64,000 bases of DNA, taken from Thermodesulfobacteriota bacterium. GTDB taxonomy: Bacteria > Desulfobacterota > QYQD01. The DNA lies in contig JBFMFO010000011.1 in the NCBI GenBank assembly GCA_040754095.1, positions 13,737 through 77,736 on the forward strand, written 5' to 3'. This document shows, piece after piece, positions 38,801 through 45,590 of the stretch. Positions within the stretch are counted from its first letter, which is position 1. Each line of letters opens with the position of its first letter. The notes beneath the pieces were generated by a model. That model did not search any database and was not told where the DNA came from. It saw only the letters and a program-made list of their open reading frames with translations. A program made the translations under genes and the position numbers.

Positions 38801-39483
38801 TTTTCTTTCAGGCCGGATTGCAGTTCCCTTTCTTCATCTTCGTTTAAAACCTGGATTCCTTTCAGTTCGGCCTGCAATATCTCAAGCTTGTTGTGTTCTT
38901 CCGTACGGCGTTGATGAACTTTCATGGATATCCGGCTGTAGATTTCGGTCCCGGTGATCTGCTCCAGGATGGGCGCCCGCTCGTCGGGAGGGGCCTGGAG
39001 AAAGGCCGCGAATCCCCCCTGGGCCAGCAGCATCGAACGGGTGAAGCGCTCGAAGTCCATGCCCGTGGCCTTCTCGATGAATTCGCCCACCTGGGTTATC
39101 TTTGATTCCAGGACGGCCCCGGAATCGGCATCGGCTATTTCATGCCTGGCCTGCTGAAGCTCACCCTCAGGCTGTTTCCGGGCGCGGTGCTGGCTCCAGT
39201 GGCAACGGTAACGGCCCTTCTGCGTCTGGAATGTCACCTCGGCAAAGCATTCACCCGTTTGGCGCGACATGATTTCGTTGCTGCTTTTCGTAACCTTATC
39301 CAGGCGGGGCGTCCGGCCGTAAAGCCCGAGGCAGATGGCGTCCAGGATGGTCGTCTTTCCTGAGCCTGTAGGGCCTGTGATGGCAAATATACCGTCAGAC
39401 GAATAATCCGGGTGGGTGAAATCAACCTGCCATTCGCCCGTGAGTGAATTAAGGTTCTTGAACCGGACACCAAGTATCTTCAT
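35812..39483 (-). CDS. sbcC: SbcC/Rad50-type exonuclease ATPase subunit
   Basis: The Walker A reads FAITGPTGSGKTTILDAI. It has a long coiled coil, the zinc hook GKPCPLCGATEHP, the signature LSGGESF, and the D-loop LFLDEGFGTLD. Confidence 0.85.
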   Translation of the reverse strand: MKILGVRFKNLNSLTGEWQVDFTHPDYSSDGIFAITGPTGSGKTTILDAICLGLYGRTPRLDKVTKSSNEIMSRQTGECFAEVTFQTQKGRYRCHWSQHRARKQPEGELQQARHEIADADSGAVLESKITQVGEFIEKATGMDFERFTRSMLLAQGGFAAFLQAPPDERAPILEQITGTEIYSRISMKVHQRRTEEHNKLEILQAELKGIQVLNEDEERELQSGLKEKQGQETELAGKVSEMRKALTWIEGMVALEKELVELDKKQQDFEKRRQAFAPESKKLEKSRKALSLEGDYSRVDALRVQQDNETKELNGAIAILPEKDKACADAHTVRQAAEARLNEARTRQMSERDVIKKVREIDTRLGEQKKQLAEKNKAIGEIEKQGEGYRSLVKSGEQELKKAHAALKAIREYQAKHAADAALLTNLSAIDKGFALLRDIEAKHIKAREELSTAAAKKESALAGCAKSEADHEKSRQEFEKGQSELKHLTDEITAILRGREISQWRHDTDALKDRERLLIQTGETIARIDKTYTALDSLKTGLETLKVCYAKLSDEIKSCADKKAILEKDIVTLETQALLLSRIRDLEEERKQLEDGKPCPLCGATEHPYAKGNVPVLNEAEAELQKTKDECKKVSRHLNKLEADRVRTATEIQHIEKEMAEKNATLDADEKQCADALLSLKIEVSRLDRAGKIRKEIAGVQAKIAETRGIVALVEENGRQEKSAQTVLEKTRKTLDNAGKALQEARHKLETAGRDHERLTKDCAALAEETQKARNDALKDVVPFGISRIPLDSLDALLKDLTGHKDIWQAKEAEKITLEKQIRELKAEIEKYNALLSSLEEDLAARRKDRDDLKMEYESLCASRRGLFGEKNADQEEKHLADAVDKAGKAYEKAREEYGQIEKEISALKEKIDLLKVKTGKRAKELAQAGPKLMERIKTAGFEDEADYLSSRLTEEERGILADKEKRLIKEKTELDARRKDRSEALASEREKNLTYQPVEALKENISACDSELKQIRLDIGGIIRSLSENEKLRKKQQERIKSTETRKKECTRWDDLHQLIGSADGKKFRNFAQGLTFEMMTAHANRRLRKMTDRYLLIRDTSQPLELNVIDNYQAGEIRSTKNLSGGESFIVSLALALGLSHMASRNVRVDSLFLDEGFGTLDEDALETALETLAELQQDGKLIGVISHVTTLKERIGTQIQVIPETGGRSNLSGPGCRRI

Positions 39484-39494
39484 TCCCCTTTTTC

Positions 39495-40724
39495 CTATTC
39501 AGCCATCTGGTCTTGCTCGTTGAGGGAGACTATGATTTCCCGGTAGGCGCTCAAAAGCTCCTGACGCTGATCCTCCGGGACTTCGTGCGATTCAAGGCAG
39601 CGTTTAAACACGTCTGTTACGTCCAGGTCGTCGAGTGTTTCATCCACATCCATTCCGCTCATGGCGCGTTCCAGCACCCGGTTGTTCTTGACGCGGAGAA
39701 TCTCTATACCGGTCCCTTCGATTGCCTCATCCAATCGCTCGCGGAGGCTGCCGGCTATCTCATCTCCTTCATATACTATTTCCAGCCAGGCGTTGCTTCC
39801 CCCGGACTTTAGTTCTTCGATATTTCGTGCGATGGTTGGCCAATCCCCTTGCAGGGTCTTCAGTTCCTGGAACCTGGGTACTGGAATAATTGCGACAGTG
39901 GGCGAATTACCCGAAAAGTCCACGAGGACCACGCCCTTTTCCTGTTCAGCTTCCCCGAAGCCGATGGGCAGGGGTGAACCTGAATAGCGTATGAAATCTG
40001 AACCGCCCACCGTTTGAGGAATATGAAGATGCCCCAAGGCAAGGTAATCGATATGTTCGGGAAACACATCTGTTTTGACCTTTAAAAGGGAGCCAATATA
40101 CAGTTCGCGCACTCCATCGCCCTCAATGGTCTGGCCGCCTGCGGTGAACAGATGCCCCATGGCGACAATCGGAACAGGCTTTTTCAGCGTGGAGCGTTTC
40201 TGTTCGGCCGCCTCATACACCATATGGTAATGAGCCCTGATCCCTTCTATGATTTTCCTCTCCTTGTCCTCAACGCTCTCACCGGCCTCGGCAGTGCGGA
40301 TATCGCGGTCTCTGAGATAAGGGATGGCGCAGACAATGAGCCGGGGCTCCTGATCCGGCCCGGCAATCACGATCAGTTCATCCGCAGGAGAATCGGATGC
40401 ACACCCCACGACATGGATGTTCAGAAATTGCAGGAGCTCCCTGGGGGCATTTAAAAAAGACGGCGAATCATGATTTCCTGCCGTGACCACTACATGACGG
40501 TTTGGAGAGGCCGCCACACGGTACAGGAAACGGTAATACATCTCCTGTGCAAGGTTGCTGGGCGTGCTGTTGTCAAAAACGTCTCCAGCCACAAGCAGCA
40601 CATCTATGTCTTCATCCTCAATAAAACCAGCCAGCCAGTCAAGGAACGCCTTGAGTTCCTCGTATCTCTTGCGGCCATACAGAGCGCGGCCGATATGCCA
40701 GTCGGAGGTGTGGAGAAGCTTCAT
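39495..40724 (-). CDS. sbcD: SbcD/Mre11-type nuclease subunit
   Basis: Contains MKLLHTSDWHIG, LLVAGDVFD, GNHDS and GHLH, the calcineurin-like phosphoesterase motifs. Confidence 0.9.
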   Translation of the reverse strand: MKLLHTSDWHIGRALYGRKRYEELKAFLDWLAGFIEDEDIDVLLVAGDVFDNSTPSNLAQEMYYRFLYRVAASPNRHVVVTAGNHDSPSFLNAPRELLQFLNIHVVGCASDSPADELIVIAGPDQEPRLIVCAIPYLRDRDIRTAEAGESVEDKERKIIEGIRAHYHMVYEAAEQKRSTLKKPVPIVAMGHLFTAGGQTIEGDGVRELYIGSLLKVKTDVFPEHIDYLALGHLHIPQTVGGSDFIRYSGSPLPIGFGEAEQEKGVVLVDFSGNSPTVAIIPVPRFQELKTLQGDWPTIARNIEELKSGGSNAWLEIVYEGDEIAGSLRERLDEAIEGTGIEILRVKNNRVLERAMSGMDVDETLDDLDVTDVFKRCLESHEVPEDQRQELLSAYREIIVSLNEQDQMAE

Positions 40725-40851
40725 GATTTTCCTTCCTTCGAGACTTTAAAAAATACTCTACATGTCATTGCGAAAGCGAAGCACACAAGAATCAGATCAT
40801 TCTTTTTGATAATCCATGTAAATTTGTCTTTGTCTATGTTGCCAATGAATG

Positions 40852-43800
40852 TCAATCCTTGCCTTGCTGAGTAGTCCGTAAATACTTGGCATTGCGATAA
40901 CGACCAAGAAGGCTTTGCAATTCCATCTCTTGTGAAATATTTGTCGGACCGAAAGTTGAGGTGTCAGAAGTTTTGATGTCGTTGATATTTCCTATTTTCT
41001 TAAGGCAGGCTTGTGCGAAATCCAACCACTCACTTGCAGCGGAATTTCCATTTGCAAATTGGAGCATCTGTTCAAATAAGTTGGAAACACCAGCAGAAAT
41101 CTGTTCTATTTCAGAATCGAATCTACCCAATAGTTTCTCAGCAAGTTGGATCTCAAAAGGCTGATTTTCATCTATCCGATTTCTCACAAAATGGACCGTG
41201 TTACGTATGATATTAAGGGAGCCATAAAGGCGATAGAACTCATTCTCTAAGTATGCTTCATCAAGCGAGATTTGCTCAAGGGGTGGCAAGACCTTAAATA
41301 AAGTTGCTGGTGGCTCAAGTGGCAAGAGAGCCCACTCTTTGCTCTCCGCCTTTCCTTCTATAATTTCTTTGATTTTATCGAACGCGATTCGCCAGACATG
41401 CGAGGAATAGCGAGATCCTTTCAAAAGCGGTACGAGATAGACAAAATGACATTGATGGGGGAACGAAGCTAATTGTTCAAGGATTAATGCAATCTCTAAG
41501 AAGACATGTTCAAAATTTACAACATCAAAGCCTAACACAAGTCCAATTAGGGGATGTTCCAAGAAAGGAGCTGTAGGATAAACAAACGAGAACCCTTGTT
41601 CCGTGAGCGGGATTAATGTCGCACAAAGAGCATCTGTAAACTGTTTTCTTTGATTATGCCGCCGTGCATCGATAGCGGACCGTAAATTGTGCACTTTACC
41701 CGATGGACGTTCGAACCAGAAATCCAATATGTCTGCGAGATATGAATAGCTTGCCGATTCCTGTTCATCAAGGTCACTCATATCAAAATATGATTGCGTT
41801 TCTGTAACTATGCTATGGAAAGCCCGATGCGCGCCAGGTATTTGCGTGACAGCATCCTTGAGATTGTAACGCATAAGCCGACTTGATTTTTGTGCGTCAT
41901 CATTTAGGTCATGTTCGGCGAACTGCATGACAAAGTTTCTCATGCTCGTTTCCCAGCCACCAATAAGCTTCTGTTCTTCATTGAATCGTTCTGCCAACTT
42001 GACAGGTAAGTCTTTCAATCGCTGTGCCTGTTGTAATGATTTTCTCAACGAATCATTCAAAGCATCTACTTTCGGTTGCCGACCATTAAATAACCATTTA
42101 TAGAACTCAGTACATTTACTAACAAAGTCCAACAGTTCTGTCCGGAGGATAAACCATTGTTTTTGCCACTCGTAGACTGATTGGGAAGTATAATAGGCTT
42201 TAATAGCCTTCATATATATTGCGTTTTTCTCAGCATCTATTTCTAATCTGAGCGTATCATTTGATATTGCCTTTTTTGTATCATCCACAGGTGGTTGCAG
42301 TCCAAGAAGCGAGACGTAAAGACCTTGGCTGCAATAATGCTGGTAATCGGGAAAGAACTTACGGAGATTGCGGAGTCGTTCAACAGCCTGGTCACTTGGT
42401 CTCATGTTTCCTTTTTGCTCATCAACGATGAATTCGATATAAATATCACCATTTCGTTCATTAATCAGTAAAGTATCGCTGCTTAGCTTGAAGAAACTCA
42501 TAAGCGAATCTTTTTCAGTGGCTAAAATATGGTCATAATTTTCGCGGGCATGATCATGGAGAACTATGAGGAAATTCGCTGCTGATAGCAGGTCCGCCTT
42601 ATAGATTTGATCTTGCCAGTCGCGTTCACTGAGAGTCTGTACTATTCGGTATGGGCTAATTCCAGGGAGCTGGCACCAACCCAACAAAGCGCCGATTTCT
42701 GAGAAGTCCGTTATCAGGCGATCAGCAGTGACATTATCGATGGCCATTTGCAAGAACTTGACTTCATAACGTTCATCCCATTGCCGTGGGGTGAATTGTT
42801 TTGCCAGATCGGATAACAGCGTATAATTAGGATGATCTACCCCAAAGACTCCCTTCAAATTTTCCAACAAGTTGATTGTTTGGAAAGGCAGTGTCCCTGA
42901 GCAAAGAATAAATATGCCAGGAGAGCCTATCTGATCGAATGCTGTATCAAATAAGCCCTGATGCAGGCGATAGTAAGTTACCTCGCTGGCTCTGAACAGG
43001 GCTTTGGCGATTTTGTTGATTATGCTAAGAGGTTCTTGCTGACATTTAGAAACCAATGCATCGAGTAAACAGGCATGATCTAAGCCGGAATCAGCAAATG
43101 TACTGCTGATGAAAGGTTCAAGGTTATCCGCATCAAGTATTTGGACCGATTCGATCATTGTATTTTCAACTGGAATAACACCATGCAGCAGCGGGATAAG
43201 ATGCTGAGACCGCACAAAGTGCAACCCCTCGCAAACACCATCAGTAAATAGCAGATATTCTCTTTCCAGTGACCTGAGCGTTGAATCAGGATCTTGTTCA
43301 AAAGGAATATGCTGCAAAATCGACTTAATAGCTACCTTTGCACCATAAGCCTGCGCGACGCTGACCAATCGCAATATTTGCAGCTTGGCTTGATCCTCAC
43401 CAAGACGCTGCAATTGTTTCACCTGATCCTTTAGCCGATCCGCAAGCATCTGTCCGTGTGTGACAAGGTAAGTGTATTCAATCAACAACTGACGATCCGC
43501 AACCTGTTCGTAGGCCCACTCTGCGGAAGGCACACCACTGGCTATTTTCCCTTTGCTCTGAAACTGGGAAAAGATGTTCTGCGCTTCTTGGAGGGATAGC
43601 GTAGGTGTTACTATTTCCCATACAAATCCACTTGCATTGCCCGAGTAGCGAAACCAATCCTCTTCACGGATGGTGATCAGAAAATAGACTTCCTGACCTG
43701 CAAATTCGGCTGCCAGTTTGTGCCAAAACTGCAATCCCTCACTCACGTTGTCAATAAAGATAAGTATCGGTAAGCCAAGTCGCTGCCGGGCAACGACGGC

Positions 43801-44823
43801 CTGCTTGATCGGGCTTACCATACTCTCATCACTCAATTGTTTAATGACTAGTGCCGTTTCCGGATGATAATGTTCGAAAGCATAACGATAGAGCAAGGTT
43901 GACTTTCCCTGACCACTTGATGCCCTGACAATACAAACGTGAGAACGCTGCAGTGCTTCGTGAATACGAATTTCCCAATCATGTCTGCGCACATCCAGAT
44001 CCGCCAGAATGTGACCAAGACGAGCATTTTTCCCTTCGTAGTAATCTTCAGGATGCTCTTCTTTCTCGAACTTGAGCCGTTCTATCCATCCATTTTGAGT
44101 GGCTGGGTTCTTTGATCCTAAATTTATTTGTTCTTGAACGAAAAGACGAATAGACTCCAGATCAACACGCCGCACTTCTTTACGCTGGGAAGCCAGCTCA
44201 ATAAAATTGCTCATCAACACGCCGAAATACAAATCGGCATTACATGTGGTTAAATCAAACGCTGTTATAATTGCATCCGTGACCTTCTTCATCAATTCTT
44301 CATCAATGATACGGACAAACGAAATGTGTCTTATCAGTTCTTTAAGATCAATACCCTGATAACCTGCACGCCTACAAAGGTCATGAAGATTACGGTTCAT
44401 CTTATTGGACAGGATGTTGCGGTCACCTTTGCAGAATTTGACAAATTCATCAAGTGCACCAGTGTATCCAAAATTGGTTACAACTAACAGGGTGGCTGTC
44501 TGATCAGCCGATAAGACGGGCAGAAAGTTCTGGATAATTCCTGACCTAGCGAATCTACTCCAATCCCAAGCTTTTTTTGAGGTTTTGACCTGAACATACT
44601 CATTGGATACATTGAATCCGGTGAACTCAATATGTTTATGGCCTTTGAGGTCCACGTCTTCAATGCCCTCCAACTGAATGCTATCAGGTGCATCAGGCTT
44701 AAAAAGATCGAATGTTCGGTATACGGCATAAGTTAATTGATATTTGATGCCTGATATATTTGCAGCTCCGTGATAACGGCTTTCAAATAATTGATTCAGT
44801 TGGTTATCGATACTCGGTTCCAT
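40852..44823 (-). CDS. Large (1323 aa) candidate defence protein: Cap4/DUF4297-like PD-(D/E)xK nuclease head, P-loop STAND-like NTPase, and about 900 aa of unassigned C-terminal region
   Basis: Residues 25-80 read GIKYQ...IQLEGIEDVDL...EYVQVKTS. The Walker A is VCIVRASSGQGKSTLLY (nt 43897-43923) and the Walker B-like motif is LPILIFIDNV. It is AT-rich relative to its neighbours and lies between sbcCD and a type I R-M operon. Confidence 0.6.
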   Translation of the reverse strand: MEPSIDNQLNQLFESRYHGAANISGIKYQLTYAVYRTFDLFKPDAPDSIQLEGIEDVDLKGHKHIEFTGFNVSNEYVQVKTSKKAWDWSRFARSGIIQNFLPVLSADQTATLLVVTNFGYTGALDEFVKFCKGDRNILSNKMNRNLHDLCRRAGYQGIDLKELIRHISFVRIIDEELMKKVTDAIITAFDLTTCNADLYFGVLMSNFIELASQRKEVRRVDLESIRLFVQEQINLGSKNPATQNGWIERLKFEKEEHPEDYYEGKNARLGHILADLDVRRHDWEIRIHEALQRSHVCIVRASSGQGKSTLLYRYAFEHYHPETALVIKQLSDESMVSPIKQAVVARQRLGLPILIFIDNVSEGLQFWHKLAAEFAGQEVYFLITIREEDWFRYSGNASGFVWEIVTPTLSLQEAQNIFSQFQSKGKIASGVPSAEWAYEQVADRQLLIEYTYLVTHGQMLADRLKDQVKQLQRLGEDQAKLQILRLVSVAQAYGAKVAIKSILQHIPFEQDPDSTLRSLEREYLLFTDGVCEGLHFVRSQHLIPLLHGVIPVENTMIESVQILDADNLEPFISSTFADSGLDHACLLDALVSKCQQEPLSIINKIAKALFRASEVTYYRLHQGLFDTAFDQIGSPGIFILCSGTLPFQTINLLENLKGVFGVDHPNYTLLSDLAKQFTPRQWDERYEVKFLQMAIDNVTADRLITDFSEIGALLGWCQLPGISPYRIVQTLSERDWQDQIYKADLLSAANFLIVLHDHARENYDHILATEKDSLMSFFKLSSDTLLINERNGDIYIEFIVDEQKGNMRPSDQAVERLRNLRKFFPDYQHYCSQGLYVSLLGLQPPVDDTKKAISNDTLRLEIDAEKNAIYMKAIKAYYTSQSVYEWQKQWFILRTELLDFVSKCTEFYKWLFNGRQPKVDALNDSLRKSLQQAQRLKDLPVKLAERFNEEQKLIGGWETSMRNFVMQFAEHDLNDDAQKSSRLMRYNLKDAVTQIPGAHRAFHSIVTETQSYFDMSDLDEQESASYSYLADILDFWFERPSGKVHNLRSAIDARRHNQRKQFTDALCATLIPLTEQGFSFVYPTAPFLEHPLIGLVLGFDVVNFEHVFLEIALILEQLASFPHQCHFVYLVPLLKGSRYSSHVWRIAFDKIKEIIEGKAESKEWALLPLEPPATLFKVLPPLEQISLDEAYLENEFYRLYGSLNIIRNTVHFVRNRIDENQPFEIQLAEKLLGRFDSEIEQISAGVSNLFEQMLQFANGNSAASEWLDFAQACLKKIGNINDIKTSDTSTFGPTNISQEMELQSLLGRYRNAKYLRTTQQGKD

Positions 44824-45138
44824 AAAGAGCCTGATATTAAAAAGTTATGAGTTAGAATGCTATTTTTTCAAATTATACTCAACTGCACATTTCAGGAAGA
44901 ACGCAGCCGGATTTTCCCCGATCAGGAAATACGCTGTCAAGCATTAGCACATTTCATTAGGTATTTAACAGGTTACTCCGGAAGTCCACACTGAACATTT
45001 GTATTTGAAATACAGGTTCTCCTATTTTTTTAGGCGGCAGGAAACTAAACGTTTAAAATAGCGCATAGCTACCGAGGAGAACGGTTCTTCTTGCAGCACC
45101 CGCAATCATTAACTTATGACCTGAGCAGTTTTTTATAT

Positions 45139-45486
45139 TCATAAGCTCCTTGTCACACTTCCATTTCGTTCCGCCAAAATCGCTTCCCACCCAGGTAGAT
45201 AGGCGTTCATCAGGCTCTTGAAGAGTTTGCCGTGATTGGGAACCTGGAGGTGGAGGAGTTCATGGATGATGACGTATTCCTGAAAAACTCTCGGCTCCTG
45301 AAGAAGATCAGCGCTGAAACATATCCGTCCTTTGGCTGAGCATGACGCCCACTTTTTCTTCATGATTTGGACTCGAATCTGCACGGGGTTCACCTTCATG
45401 ATGGCAGCCCAACGGGCAATTTCGGATTTAAACTGTTCTTTCGCAGACAAGCCCTTTCCTTTGTTATTGGATGGTTGAACATGCAT
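45139..45486 (-). CDS. DUF45/YgjP-like zinc metallohydrolase, N-terminally short (possibly truncated)
   Basis: Contains KKKWASCSAKGRICFSADLL...EYVIIHELLHLQVPNHGKLF (HExxH). The first 22 codons of the track ORF are encoded by repeat B2, so I moved the start to the ATG at 45486. Confidence 0.6.
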   Translation of the reverse strand: MHVQPSNNKGKGLSAKEQFKSEIARWAAIMKVNPVQIRVQIMKKKWASCSAKGRICFSADLLQEPRVFQEYVIIHELLHLQVPNHGKLFKSLMNAYLPGWEAILAERNGSVTRSL

Positions 45487-45590
45487 AGCGAGCGCATTCC
45501 CCGCTGCTTGCGGCGGGGTTAGCGAGCGAATATGATGCATTTTACCTTGCATACGGAGATTCCCCGCAGCTTGCTGCGGGGAGCTTCAAT
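45475..45590 (+). repeat. Family-B double-hairpin repeat, copy 2
   Basis: Reads ttgaacatgcatagcgagcgcattccccgctgcttgcggcggggttagcgagcgaatatgatgcattttaccttgcatacggagattccccgcagcttgctgcggggagcttcaat. Its last base touches the hsdR stop codon. Confidence 0.9.

Noticed and set aside
35812-40724. Calling sbcCD a dedicated defence system in its own right.
   Set aside because: All canonical SbcC and SbcD motifs are present, including the zinc hook and the phosphoesterase motifs, and composition is closer to the host genes. It is kept only as an open question in the findings.
45487-45552. The N-terminal 22 codons of track ORF 45139..45552 (MQGKMHHIRSLTPPQAAGNALA).
   Set aside because: This stretch is the translation of the family-B repeat. 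The same pseudo-peptide would be produced at every B copy.
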